From assembly GCA_000320545.1 (NCBI GenBank), contig ADNK01000826.1:22441-86440 (forward strand): a stretch of DNA of 64,000 nt, read 5' to 3'. The stretch comes from Bigelowiella natans CCMP2755. Its lineage: Eukaryota; Protista; Cercozoa. Position numbers and translations under genes: made by a program. The notes under the pieces were generated by a model. The model did not search any database. It saw only the letters and a program-made list of their open reading frames with translations, and was not told the DNA's origin. Positions 25,761-38,973 of this stretch are shown in pieces (positions within the stretch are counted from its first letter, which is position 1; each line of letters opens with the position of its first letter).

Positions 25761-26441
25761 AACTATCACCAAGCTTGACATTTACTCTGCAAGTAAGTTC
25801 AGAGGGCGGTAAAGAGGATAGGAGCTATCACTATTCTTGTCATTATTATTATTCTTACGCGTAGGCTCCAATCAGTGTGGTATACGAAACGAGTGTGTGC
25901 TTGATCTCTTCATTCTGCAAGGATATGATGAATGTAGGACTTTAGTTAGGACTTCAGCCCGATGTTGCTATCTTTTTAGAACCAACAAGATATCGCTCGA
26001 ATATCTAGAAGAAATTGGGGAGCGGGGCCAATTCATACCGTCATTTCAATGGCTACTTTCTCAGCCTTCCTCCACAACATGGCCGCCGCGTATGCGGACA
26101 TCAACGCGGTGTAAGATATGACCTACAACATTGTGGGGGGAAGGGGGGGGGGGGGGATTACACGCATTCGTTAACAAATGATGAAAAGAGCTAAGAAAAT
26201 GAAAGAATTCAGTCTTAAATATCGATTCTGCTCACATTGGGCTTGTGATCCGTGGCTTTCATATGCCTGATTTAGAAGAGGGAGGAGGATACACAACACC
26301 AACAACAATAATAACTATGACGACAATCCTGATATGATGGTAGTAATGTCGAGAGCAATCTGTGGAAATCACCTAAATATCTGTAGAGCTTTGCGCCAGT
26401 CGGCTTTTTTCGCATATCCGGACATTAAGGTCGAGAAACTG

Positions 26442-26480
<39 letters not shown>

Positions 26481-29400
26481 GAGAGAGAGAGGGGGGGGAG
26501 AATATTTAGTGAGTTGAGTGTGACGAAGAATCACGTACGACGGTGCAGAGACAGACAACCACAAGAGTAAGAAGAAAAGAAGACTTCAACGATGACGACG
26601 AACACAGAAATCAAGGAACGCTTAATATTACGTGATGATATCTGGCTCGATATTGGCCGCAGACATGATATCGAAGACAATCAAAGCCCTATCAATATCG
26701 TGAGTCCTGACGCATGCAGATATCAGCGAGTTGTACGTTACGCGGGTAGGCGTCACCCTTCCCGCGCGCATAGCTCTCAAGACGTCCAGAGCCCTGTCTA
26801 ATCGTCCAGCCCGCGAGTATGCTCCTATCAACGCCGTGCACACTATGGCGTTTGGCCTGACTTTCTGATTGGCCATCTCTTGGAACACGCTCTGCGCCTT
26901 CACCCACTCTCCGCTCCTTGCACATGCGGATATGAGCGACGTGAAGGCTGGGGCGCTCGCGGGAATCTTCGCCTCGAGCATCATGTTGTACGCCTTCAAA
27001 GCGGCCTCCCAAGCCCCAGAACGACTGCACGCGGATATCAGTGCGTTGTATACGACCTGGTTGGGTTCTACGACGTTGGAAGCACTCTTCATCGCCTCAA
27101 ACACCTCCCACGCCTTCGTCCACCTCTCGCTCCTCCCACACGCCGCTATTAAGTTTACATACGTGTATACGTTCGGCGAAGAATTGAACGAACCAGCGCC
27201 TGCAGTGGTGGCTCTGCTGCTGCTGCTGCTGCTGGTGGTGGTGGTGCCAACAGCAGCCGCTGCTTGTTTGTCCTTTGGACTGAAGCCCGTCGATGATGAC
27301 CCTTCTTCAGTACTTGCAATATCGTTATTGTTACTAATATCATTATTGTTACTGCTACTATCCCCCCCCTCTGCAACAGGGGGCACATAGTCCGCAGCTC
27401 TAAGCAACGTCGCATAGGTCACTCTATCAGGCTGCAAACCGTCTACCCGCATCATATCAAACACGCTGAGAGCAGCCTCCCACTGCCCTGCCTTTGCTAA
27501 TACATCGGTCGCCGTATTGTAGAGTATTGTATCCACACCTACTTTGCCTTCACCAGACACTTCCCGCGCCCGCATCAGCAGGTCTAGGGCGATCTCCCAC
27601 GACGCCGTCTTCGCGCAAGACTTGATGAGAGCGGTGTATGTGATGGAATCTGGCTCGATGCCCCTCTTCTTCATATCCCCAAGGACGTTGAGGACCTGGT
27701 GCGTCTTTCCACAACGATCCAGAGTGGAGATGAGTGCATTGTACGTGATGACGTTGGGCTGCGCGTTGGAATTGGTCATCTTGTCGATCAATCTGGAGGC
27801 GTGCTCCCACATCCCCACTCGCCCATACGCGTCTATCAACATGGTATATGGCGCGGGTGATTGGCCTCCCTCCTTGCTCATGCCTCGAGCAGCGACAATG
27901 GCCATTTCCACCTCCATTTCCTTGAGGTCAGCGTACTCCTCTCCCCCATCGGGGATGCTGCCGTCGTCGTTGGCTCCGATGGTTCCGCTATCATGAACCC
28001 CATTGCGAGTGCTACTACTACCACTGCTGCTGCTGCTGCTGCTGCTACTACTACTACCACTGCCACGTCCTATTCTTCTGCCTGATTTAGATGCCATCGC
28101 CTCCACGGCCTTTCTGTTGGATATGATTGCAGCAAAGCTGTTCCCGTCGGGAGAGACGCCCTCCTTCTTCATCATCTCAAAAACCTTCTTCGCAGCGTGA
28201 GGGGCAGCATTTCTCTCGCAGAGGGCGATAAGCGCGTTGTAGGAAATAACGTTGGGCTTCGTCCTCGCCTGGCGGGAAAGCTCGACTATCTCAAAGGCTC
28301 TTTGCCAAGCGTTTGGTGATCCTCCCGTACCACAGGCCACGATTGCTGATGTTACCGCCGAGTTCATCGGTCTTATCCCCTCAGCGATCATACTGTCAAA
28401 CATCTCTAGAGCAGAAGCCCACCCCCCCTCCGTAGCGGATGACGATAGGGTTATGTCTTCCACGGGTGTTTCCTCACGTGCTGCTGAACGAATAAGCATG
28501 GCGTAAAGAAGGGCGTCCGGTTTCTGCCCGTGGGAGAGCAGCTTTGACCGCAGCGACAGCGCTGTTTGCCATTTCCCGGCCTGCGACAGAATTCGGATCA
28601 AGTTGGTGTAACTTATCACCGATGGGCTCGCCTCGCCACTGGACTCGAATGCTTCAACGAGAGCGAGCGCCCCTTGCCAGTCACCATTGCCCTCGTATGC
28701 CTTGAGACATGTGGTTAGTGTTTTCTCGTCGGGAGCTACGTTTCTTGCTCGCATCTCATGCAAAAGCGACAGTGCTACACTCCATCCTCCTTCGCGCACG
28801 CACAAGGACATGGTGCTCGTATACGATATCTTGTCAGGAGTTAGATGCACTTCCACCATTTTCCCGAGCGTCAGCAACGCTGCTTCCCAGTCATTATTTC
28901 TCGACAGCACCCCGAGTATGACTCGAAAGCAGCCCCTCCCCCATCCATACTTGTACCGCATCGCCTTTTTGGAAAGCTCAATTGCTCGCGGTAGTTCTTC
29001 AGCTTTTGCCAGCATCGAAACTGTTGTTGTGAAGGTCATTAAACTAGGCTCTGGGAGTGATGATGCTGGTTTTGCTGCCACATCTTTCCGAGTTTCCTCC
29101 TCTTCCGCGTCCTTTTTCTCCATCGTATTCTCATCAGCCGGTAAGCTAAGCGCTGGTAAGGATGTGAAACGATGCAAAAGTTGGAAAGCTGTCGGCCATT
29201 GATGCGGTTGGTTTGCTTCGAGCGTCCGCAACATGCTGTTGAGGTATCCAACCTCAGGCGGCCCATCTATCCTTTCGAATCTGGAGGAAACAACCAATTA
29301 CAACACAGTGAGATCATCATGACGAAACCTGGCAAAATAGATCATGAAAGGAGGGAGAAGACAGTGAATTTGGACAACTACCACCCACCTTTCTATCATC

Positions 29401-30572
29401 AAATCTAATCTTCGTCCAGAGCCGTATGCAGTGAGAAGGGCCATGAGAGCTTCTTGAGATAGTTCATCGGTGGTTATTTGTAGCTGATTCCTTGACGACA
29501 AAGAAACAGATTCGGCAGCAATGGCTTCCTGTTGATCTCCCCCACCATTTTCAGGAATTTCGTCATCATCGTTGCCGGTATTGTCAGACGTTGCCGTGAC
29601 TTCCAATCCTTCTGATATGGCGTCTTCTGCGGCAGGATAGGGTTCACATAGTGGAGGCGCGCTTCTATTCTCAAGATTGTGGTCAGTATCACCTGCTCTA
29701 CCGCTACTTCTAAATTCTCCTTGCCTGGTGACTTCTTGAATGTGTTTCTCTAGTTTTTCGTAGATTCTCAGCACCGCATTCCATTCTCCGCCATTTGCAA
29801 GGGCCCACATAAGTGCCAAGGTGTCCTCTGTTCCCGGTCTGTCCCTATTCTCCCCTCTCTTTTTATCGATGATCATAGCTCTATATCTTCGAAGGGCTGC
29901 ATGCCATCTTTTCCGCGGGTTCTCTTCCCGACGGCTACCTTGCACATTACCTGACCTCCATCGCTTTTCAAACGCTTGCGAGTTGTGATTGATGTCCTTC
30001 CTTCTCCTTTCTCCAAATCTACTATTACCTACCCCTCGATATTTGCTTCTCCCAGATGAGGGTCTGTTGTTTCCATCCGATTTATCAGTCTGTCTTCGGA
30101 AATTTGAGGCGACGACGTTGCCCCCTTTATTTTGACGAAATCCCTTTCCAAGTAGAACCCCTCGTGATCCCCGAATTAAGGCACCCCTGGTTCCTCGTTG
30201 GGATTGTTGATGAGGTCTAGTCTCCTTGGCGGTAGCATCAGCACCGTCCGGTAGGGAAGTGGTAGCAGCAACCGCAATTAGTTGAGAAGACGACGTCGAC
30301 GACTCTCGATGTTGAAGTATGAAGGGGCGGTTCATGGGGGAACGCCATTCTTTTCTCATTTTTCTGAGCGAGGAAGTTCCCCTACATGTTTGGAAAGGGC
30401 TCGCGGACGAAAGGAACTCTGGCCTGGTACCGGCATGGCTGTATGTACCACAACCCCTGCCCTTCTGCACTACTGCGCCGAGCACGGAATTGTGGATCTC
30501 ATAACGCAGAGCCAAGACAATTGTAACCCCAAATATAAAGCATTTTCCACCCCAAATCCCCCTGCGCTGCAT
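24127..30572 (-). CDS. Large multi-exon PPR protein, probably plastid-targeted
   Basis: Many canonical P-type repeats (PNVISYNALI, PNVITYNALI, PDSITYTALI, PNAIVCTALIGAYSRAG); N-terminal hydrophobic segment then S/R-rich leader; 424-aa and 889-aa ORFs joined by a short intron; last exon ends GGRFRL* at 24127. Confidence 0.85.
26444..26490. repeat. Intronic (GA)n microsatellite
   Basis: Direct observation. Confidence 0.9.
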
Positions 30573-31195
30573 GGCCAGCCCTCAACAGGGAGGGGGTGGG
30601 AGGGGGAAAAGTTTTCGAATGGAGGGGGGTAGACGATGCTCGGCCGCAAGGTGATTTTAGCTAGCTTTTCACGTCCCAACTATGATGTCGTATGACAAAA
30701 ATCGGCTTGCTTTTTTTCACATTCGCTCTGGTTTGCATGAGGGGAAACCACACATCCTTAGAAAATCTGGCAGAATTATAACCAGATTGAATCTTGTATG
30801 TGAGCTTTTACTTTTACGAAAATAGGAAATTCTAACGGCCCTACATATTATAGCACGATTACGTTTATTAGAAGTTTCCCTGGTAAAACCAAGTTTCCGC
30901 ATTTTATCTCGATATGTTGTTGGGTTATTGTTGCTTCAGGTACGGTTGGTAAAGAAAGTACATCATTTCCGCTGTGCGACAACGTTTTCTCTCATAAATC
31001 AGCACAGAATAGAGAGGTTTGGCGGGAATGAAAACCCGCATTGTGGTCGGAACGAAAGAACACTACTGACGGGAAGGAGCTGTGCTCCCCTTGCGCACAA
31101 CACTTGATACGATGGTAGAAGTGATTCACAGATAATAACTCTAGAGCCGTGACGTGATTGTGGTTTCTTACCCTTTCAAGGACGATAATAGTGGC

Positions 31196-32730
31196 ATGGA
31201 AACAGAAGGGCAGTCCGAAGACGAGAAAGATGTGGAGGACGTAGAAGAAGACATTGAGGAAGATGAAGACGATGACGAAGACGAGGATGAAGATATGGAT
31301 TTAGGTAAGAGTATAGGAAAATTAGTGATGAGTTGGAAATATGGACAATGAACACAGTACCTGTTGGTTATTTTTTTGCCTTCCCTTTAGATAAGGACAA
31401 AGCGGACCTAACAGATTCAACGCCTCTAAGAAAGAGACAGATGAGTTCTGAGAATGAGCAGAACTCACAATCTAGACGTTATTTTGTTCGTATTCATCCA
31501 GATAGAGTCAACATTATAGATTGCGAGGATTTAAAAAAACGCCAGAAAGACCCTCTATCAGGAACTTCAAAAGCAATGTCTGACATGGTTCACACTGCCA
31601 AATTCTTGGGGAGCACATCCTTTCACGACGACGATTCCGACTCTGAGGAGCTTCCACTTGCACCTGCGCCAAAAAGAAAGCGTGACAACAATTACGATAC
31701 TGATGATCCTTTCATCGATGACCATGAAGCCATAGACATCCGCAATGACGATTCGCATGATGCTGAAACTAAGTATTTCGTCCATGCTTCCTCAACTGGT
31801 GCTCTGACTGATTGTAAAAATCCTGTTAACGTTCTCGTGCCGCGAAAAAAGAAAAGGAAGACTCTTGCAGCCTTGCTTCCGTCTCCTGTAACGGACGCGC
31901 TCAATAAGTTGAAAAGTAAGTATACGGAAGTTATGGAGGGAGAAGACGGTCGACCGCGCGCGATTCCTTCATCACTTGATAATCTTCTCTATAATGTGGA
32001 GAGTCGACGCCGTAGCATGGGCAACGAACGTCCTAAGCAAAAACGATTCTGGGATAGCTTGCAACAGGTACTTCCATGGAAGCTACAGACTTTAAAAAGC
32101 CGTATGAAAACACTTTTCGAGTCCAAAAGGGCAAGTCATTTGCGGGAGGAAGTGGAGAAGGTGACATTACAATTGAAAGAGAATATCAAAGTGGAAATCG
32201 GTGTGATCCTCGATAAAAAGAACGCACGAAGTGATCAGGACACCAGTAAAGTTCGACCGCGATGGAAAATATTGGCTGATGACTTGGTCAAAGTGGTGGA
32301 TCTGAAGAAACAAGAGACAACCGCCATGAACCATTCCCTCACTAAAAATAATAAAATTGACGTCAAGGGAGTTGTTATAAAATTGTTAAAGGAAATAGCG
32401 GCTCTCTGGCCGGCTGAATGTGATGTCACCTACACACACCTTCGAAGTGTGTATAAGCGATATTCAAAGAAAGATAGTAAGCAAGTCGGTAAAACTGCGT
32501 CTGCACATTTGAACTCACCAACGCCTTCGACCCCATCTGGTGCAAAAAGGATTCCATCCTCCTCCCTGCGTACTGCTGGTCGAAGCGAAAGTAAAAAGTC
32601 AGCTGCCAAAACAAACGCAAAGATTGAAAAGAAAAGGGCTACTAGCACGAAAGGAAAGGGTAATCTTCGTTCAATGAATCTGCTCAAACTACCAAAGAAG
32701 CCTTGGCTACCTCTTTATTTTCCTACATAG
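31196..32730 (+). CDS. Ubinuclein/Hpc2-like HIRA histone-chaperone subunit (start may be an ATG micro-exon at 31112)
   Basis: YDTDDPFIDDHE matches the Hpc2-related domain YD..D.FIDD.E; RRYFVRIHPDRVNIIDCEDLK resembles the N-terminal motif of plant ubinucleins; acidic N-terminus, basic NLS-like segments. Confidence 0.7.
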
Positions 32731-33696
32731 AAGTAAAATCTATGGTTACTGTCGCTCCTAGGACATGCTGACACTGTGTATAAAGGAACCATTGGAAAAG
32801 TTGACATCAAATGAATGAATTCGTAACTTAATTAAATTTTAGTCTGAGTATTTTACAACTTAAGTACATCCAAGCAAATTTACAGTAAGTGAAAAAGTAT
32901 GCTATTGTGTCCACAAGCAAACAAGGTGGACATGTGTTCACGTATGGAGTGTCTAATCGTATCTCAGATAACCAAACCAATAATTATTAAATATGAAAGA
33001 AAAACCATCTCAAGTGAGTGCATCCGAGCAAGCGTCGTAAGCATACACTTGCGCAATGCACTTCCCACATCTGCTCGACATACATGGTTACATATCACCT
33101 ACGCACGCAGATGCTCATATACCAGCGACGAAGACATTAAGACATATGCTCAATGATCGAACTAATGCACATCTGCAATCAGCGTTATAAACCAGCAGCA
33201 GATCTAGAGATGCTCAAAGCAAATGTGTCCGTCAGTCCTAGCCTCAAATGTATGCTGCATAAGTCAATGTATATAATAAACGCATGCAGGCGTCACACAG
33301 CCACTCTGGCTGACATGACCATTGTGGATTGCTATTTCAATCAACTAGACGGTGTGTATATGTGCGCATACGCAGCTATGTCTCCTCTCATTGATGCTAC
33401 ATGCGCTATTGTCGCTTCCTACGTGCTCCATCACAACACGTACAGCCGATCAACACCGTGATAGCGCAACGCATTATAACCATTGTTATAATTATTTAGC
33501 AATGTCATTATGCTCGTTACAGTCACGTCTATTGTGTAGCTATATCTAGTATATATATTTGCTCTTTACTAAGTACTGCACTCATCATCTACATGCAAAA
33601 TGGGTCGCTGGGTGCATTCTACACAACGCTTTACTACATCCTATGACTAGCCGCAAATAAGATCATTTCTCATAAAAACTAATAAATAAATCATAC

Positions 33697-34203
33697 TCAC
33701 ACATGGTTTTTCGGTCTTAATCTTATTTTTCGGCCTTTGAAAAAGGAACCATTTTTGAGAACAAATTTTCGGAGGTTTTCTGTGTTGTGAAATTCGACGA
33801 AGCCACAACCTTTTTGCTTCTTTGTTTTCCGGTCCTTTAATAAAAAGATTTTCTTAACACCTGCTGCAGAGCCACCCGCCCATGCTTCCAGATCTTTCTC
33901 GTCAAGCTCAAACGGAAGATTTCCCACGAAACACGAAGTAGCTCCTTCGACAACCTTACATAATATTTGGAACTCAGGAATCTTAAGACACTAAAGAAAT
34001 TCAAGCTGCCCGAATACCTACCTCGGACATCATTTTCGTACGATCTCGCGAGTATTCTACTCGGACATCCCTATAAGGTTTATAAATCCGAATGTAGCAA
34101 AAAGACCAGAGTGAGAGGAGGAATATACAAACCAATATTTACAATTAGTTCACATGTTAGCATTAACTTAACAAGTGTTTACGTTCACACACGCACACAC
34201 ACA

Positions 34204-34252
<49 letters not shown>

Positions 34253-35260
34253 CTTGTGTGTGTGTGTGTTTGTGCGTGGGTTAGTGTGTGTGTATGTACG
34301 TCATACGCATTATCGACCGGACCTTTTCATGTGATGAACTTCTCCTCGCTGCACCGCTTTACGGGCACCTGCTAATGTTGTGAAAGTCACGTACGCACAA
34401 CCCATAAACACTTTCGATCCTTTCTTTTCCTCTTCAAGCCATGTAACCTAAGGGAAAATCATTTCTGTAATATCCTTGAAGTGTTGTATTTAAATCATGG
34501 AAACCTCAGTCACTTTTCCGCACTCAGAAAATAGTTTTTTGATAGCTGCTTCGTCAACTTTGAAGTTTAAATTCGACACGAAAACTTTTCTTTTGGCGTC
34601 ATTTGTAGTTGTCGCAGCTTCAGGATCTTGTTTCGTCTTCGGATTTTCTACTTCGGATGCAGCTGATGGTTGATTGGAGACAGAAGGAATATCCATTGAG
34701 CTATCGCCTCCCTTTTGGTCAGCTGCCAAGTGATCTGAACTCTTTTCATTCGTCATTTTATTCAGTTTCTTTACGGAATCCTTTTTAACATTCGGCTCTC
34801 CTTTTGCCTGCAATAAAAAACAGGTTATGAGAAAACACGTTGGGTTGAATAGATTATTTGTTCTGATGCCTGCTGTAAAGCTAGCTTTGCCTTCTTGAAT
34901 TTCTAAATTGATATAAGCAAGTTTCAAATTGTGCCATCTCAACGCATACTATTGATTTTACCTTTTTGAGAGTTCTATCCTTCTTATTCTCTCTCCATGC
35001 GGCCCTGGCTTCTTTCATCTGTCGATTAATTGGAGAGGTTGGTGCAAGCGTACGCCAAGGCGCGATTCATCATTACGAGACTCTGCAACAAATAAACGAA
35101 CTTTTCTTCGTCTTACTTTGATCCTAAGTTTCTTGATGATGGTATTCTTGCTTTTGGAAACAAAATTTTGTTTACAGGAGCTACTATGTTGTTCCACATC
35201 CCCAGATACGCTCTTGTGTCCGTTCGATGAGGTACCACCTTTCTTCATCTCTATTGCCAT
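33697..35260 (-). CDS. RNA-binding protein with multiple RRM domains (nucleolar, nucleolin/NSR1-like)
   Basis: RNP2/RNP1 motifs KVFVSNLNF, FMGCAYVTF, FVGNLPF, KGCGFVEF; K-rich N-terminus; GT-AG introns. Confidence 0.8.
34208..34251. repeat. Intronic (TA)n microsatellite
   Basis: Direct observation. Confidence 0.9.
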
Positions 35261-35985
35261 CTTCGCCTGAAATTAAGTTCTTTGTGAGCTTCTGAACTCT
35301 TCTACGAAATACCAATTCGACCTGAAGCAGCTCCTGCTTCATTATTTTGAATTCCTGTTCCGATATTACATATTGTTGATTAGGTCACGTGAGGTTCACA
35401 TTGATCTCGAGTGGCTACAGGATCTTATATCCTATGAACGGCTTACATATTGACTTGCATATTAAATGTTTGCGCAGGGAGGACGTGCAGGATTTAAATG
35501 ACATGTGCAAATATAAAACCGATTTTTCCCAGAAAATGAATTGTGCACAGGACCTTCTTAAGTTTCAAGTTTAATTTATCCTTCCTCCACGCAGCTCTTG
35601 CTGACTTCATCTGTAATTGCTTGTGTTTAATGGGATCATTCCTGCCTGAAGTTCTTAAGAGCCTTAATTATTACCTTGGTTCTCAGTATCTTTATTTTGG
35701 TTTCACTTTTCATCCTGGTCCACTTCGTACCGCCCCCTCTGCTTCAGTCGGTGTGCACGGGAAATGAAACGAGCAACTTCGATGCGACAAATAATAATCA
35801 TGTCGCTGAGAGAAAATCCCTTGTATGTTCAACCAAAGAAGATGTCAGGAGATGAGCTCTGAAAACCATAGGTAAAGTTGTTTGTGCGACAACTTAAAAG
35901 GAGTGTCGTCAAACACCGAATTACATTTGCAAGTTGGGCTAATACGGTACCCTGCTCGCCGCCCCCCGACGAACAAACACGCACT

Positions 35986-38223
35986 ATGACCGCCGAAGAG
36001 GAGCAGAGCATCGACGATCCATTCGCTCTATATGAGAAGCAGATACAGAATATTCAGCAGCCGAAAAAGACTTCTGTAGAACAGAAAAAATCTGGGAAGG
36101 GAAAGGGAAAGGAACAGGAAGCAGATGAAAATGAAGATGAAGATGAAGACGAAGACGATGCCTTTGATGATGAAGATTTGTTCCAGGACTCTGTAACTGC
36201 ATTATTTTTGGTCGATACGAAATCACTTGCAAACACTAATGAGAAAAAGCGAAAAGATTGGCTAAAGGCTACGATATCTGCAATAGCGGGTGCATTAGAG
36301 TGCGATCCTTCCGACATCGAATTCGAATCAATCAGGAGGGTCGTCAACAGCTCGGATAAAAAAGCTAGAGATGATGCTAACTCAGACAAATCTGGTGAGT
36401 CTGATCCTAAACCTACGGGGGAAACTAAGTCACAGAAACAAGATGGGAAGGTGCAACTCGCCCTCTTCTTACGTATCTCCTGCAAGGATCGGGAGAAATT
36501 GGTGGCCGATTTAAAGAATTTCAAACCTCTGAAATATAGCAAGGGTACTAAATTTGAAAGCTCAGTAATCTGTAAAGGGATGAAAGAGCCAACTCGATCT
36601 CGAGGCGACTGCTCGTGCTGTGGTTCAACTAGCCTTATAGTAATGGTGCTCTTTCTAGCATTTCTACTATTCATGAAATCCCAGCAAGAATTCTTAAGCC
36701 CTGAGGGTATGGACATCCAATCTCCTCCAACAATGGATTATTATAAAATTCTGGGCGTGCCCAATACCGCTGCGTCTTCCAAGATAAAATCAGCGTACAG
36801 AAAGCTAGCTAGGAAATACCATCCAGACAAGAATCCCAACTGCGCCAACTGTGAAGCTCGAATGCATGAAATATCTGAAGCATACGCAGTACTTTCCGAC
36901 AAGTCTCGCAGAGAACTGTATGATAGCGTTGAAATGAACTTTAAGCCTTTACCCTCCGAGTCAATAGATATAGGAACTGATAATTTCGGAGAATTGATTG
37001 AAGGCAGCGAGCCTGGGATGCTTTGGATTGTGCAGATTTACGCAGAATGGAATAGAGGATGTATATCATTCTCCTCGGCTTGGGAACAGGTTGTACAAAG
37101 TCTTGATGATACTCAGGGAGTACGATTTGGCAGGATTCATGCCAAGCATCAGGAAGTTTTAACTAAGAAGCTTTCGGTAGCAGTGCGAATGCTGCCGATG
37201 GTGCTCTCATTTAGTGATGGCGAATTAATCCGGTCAGCATCATTTCAGGGAGACAACAGAAGAAATGTCAAAGAATTGAAACAATTCATATATTCTCACT
37301 TTTCGCAAGAGGTTTCCACAGTCAGAAGTGATGAAGCCTTACAGTTCTTGGCCCCTACTACTGGGTTCGAAGGCCGTATACTCATTGTATCAAAACACCT
37401 CCAAGCACGCCCTTCTCGCTATGTGAAACACCTTCAAAACCACTTCAAGGGCGTCCTGACGATTGCGCAAACTGACTTCGGTTCCCAAGAGGAACAGCTA
37501 AAATTCTTGGCCTCAAATTTCAAGCACCCACCAAAGCTTCCCTGTATTCTTTGGTCAAAACCCGGAGGCGGATTTCAAGTAGTAGAAAATGTGAAGGCTA
37601 AATCTTTGAAGAAAACTATCTACGACAACATCTTTCGTCAATTCGCTCCAAGCTTGACTCCATCAGTCTTCAATTTCCGGTGTTTGGATATGGCATCGGA
37701 TGAGCATACAGGTTGCTTCCTTCGTCTGAAAAAGGATTCTGACGACTCCAATGAAGCAGCTGAGGAATTTAATCACATCATGATACAAGGAAGTAAGACG
37801 TCACCCAAGCTTCAATTTGGAATTCTCGAAATCAGCCATCATCCTGAATTCAATACCATCAGCGCTGATTGTAAATCGGCAGCAGACTATGTTCAAATCT
37901 GCAAAGACTCCTTCACATTTTTCCGTAAAGGCACATCAGCAGGAAAAGTGCTCAAATACATCGGAGGAGAGGATACCTTGGACGAGGATATAGTTGCGTG
38001 CAAGTCGGAAGGAAAAAGAATGCGACACTTTCATCAATCCCCCTTTTTTCTGGGCTTGACCACCTTCGAGTTCGGTTTATTTATTTCAATAGTAATTGTT
38101 GTAGTAACGTCTAGCCAGTTTTTCCAATTTCAGTGGAGTTCCTTTTTGCAAGGGCTTGCTATGGTTCTATTAGCAATTTCTGCGCTAGGCGGTCTCTTTA
38201 GCTTTCGAAATTACTCCATGTAA
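35986..38223 (+). CDS. Intronless membrane DnaJ protein with thioredoxin-like folds (DNAJC10/DNAJC16-like architecture)
   Basis: TM helix, J domain DYYKILGV...AYRKLARKYHPDKN...EAYAVLSD, Trx-like WIVQIYAEWNRGC, two C-terminal TM helices; first in-frame ATG at 35986. Confidence 0.85.
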   Translation: MTAEEEQSIDDPFALYEKQIQNIQQPKKTSVEQKKSGKGKGKEQEADENEDEDEDEDDAFDDEDLFQDSVTALFLVDTKSLANTNEKKRKDWLKATISAIAGALECDPSDIEFESIRRVVNSSDKKARDDANSDKSGESDPKPTGETKSQKQDGKVQLALFLRISCKDREKLVADLKNFKPLKYSKGTKFESSVICKGMKEPTRSRGDCSCCGSTSLIVMVLFLAFLLFMKSQQEFLSPEGMDIQSPPTMDYYKILGVPNTAASSKIKSAYRKLARKYHPDKNPNCANCEARMHEISEAYAVLSDKSRRELYDSVEMNFKPLPSESIDIGTDNFGELIEGSEPGMLWIVQIYAEWNRGCISFSSAWEQVVQSLDDTQGVRFGRIHAKHQEVLTKKLSVAVRMLPMVLSFSDGELIRSASFQGDNRRNVKELKQFIYSHFSQEVSTVRSDEALQFLAPTTGFEGRILIVSKHLQARPSRYVKHLQNHFKGVLTIAQTDFGSQEEQLKFLASNFKHPPKLPCILWSKPGGGFQVVENVKAKSLKKTIYDNIFRQFAPSLTPSVFNFRCLDMASDEHTGCFLRLKKDSDDSNEAAEEFNHIMIQGSKTSPKLQFGILEISHHPEFNTISADCKSAADYVQICKDSFTFFRKGTSAGKVLKYIGGEDTLDEDIVACKSEGKRMRHFHQSPFFLGLTTFEFGLFISIVIVVVTSSQFFQFQWSSFLQGLAMVLLAISALGGLFSFRNYSM

Positions 38224-38973
38224 TGTATCAGAGCTATATACATAACAAGGATTGTATTTAAAAAATTGAGGCCAATGGTAACATTGCTTGCAAGTCAAAT
38301 GCTGTGATGGCTCAAAGCAATCTCTAGCGCTAAGAATATCTTCTTATCAGTAGATAATGTACATACATGCGCATCAGTCACGTGACATAATAAGTAAGTG
38401 CGTTGTGTCTATTGCAGAGTATAATGCATAAGAGCAGGCAGGATACGATACGCTGGCTAGCTAAGACACCTGCGCTGCTGCGCTATGCACATCAACAGTA
38501 GCTCTGCATGCGATACAGCCGACTAACAAAATGCACCTCAATACTATACGTATTTGACTGCGTGAGCATCAACGTTGCCAACCAGCTACAATAGAGACAC
38601 ACTTGTTGCACACACCACGTACCATGCATTGCATGCACCGGTTTTTGTTCTAGAAATTTACCAATTTTATTGCTGGCCGCCTTGCAAATTGCATAAACGT
38701 AAATATGGAATAATAGACACAGTAATATCAATATATATTGCATATATGTTTTATTACATGTCTATGATTGGATGAGGTACTTTCAGACTTGTGCACGCAG
38801 TCACCCCACACGCCACACGCATTGGAAACAAAGCTCATGTGTGGACCCGGAACATGACAACAAGTAGCACTGGCCATGCAACATGCATATACTATATTTT
38901 ACATGGATAAAGAGTGACATTTATCATGAAATATTCAGTATTTTTGTACATGAAATGACTTATTTAGATCTCA

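Noticed and set aside
7334-33655. Shared 11-mer GACTAGCCGCA in two convergent spacers (7334 and 33645)
   Set aside because: Hundreds of 11-mer matches are expected by chance in 64 kb; no flanking similarity
36054-36716. Long antisense ORFs (also 50442-51107, 26869-27390, 28687-29202)
   Set aside because: Shadow frames of real genes on the opposite strand; no independent motifs
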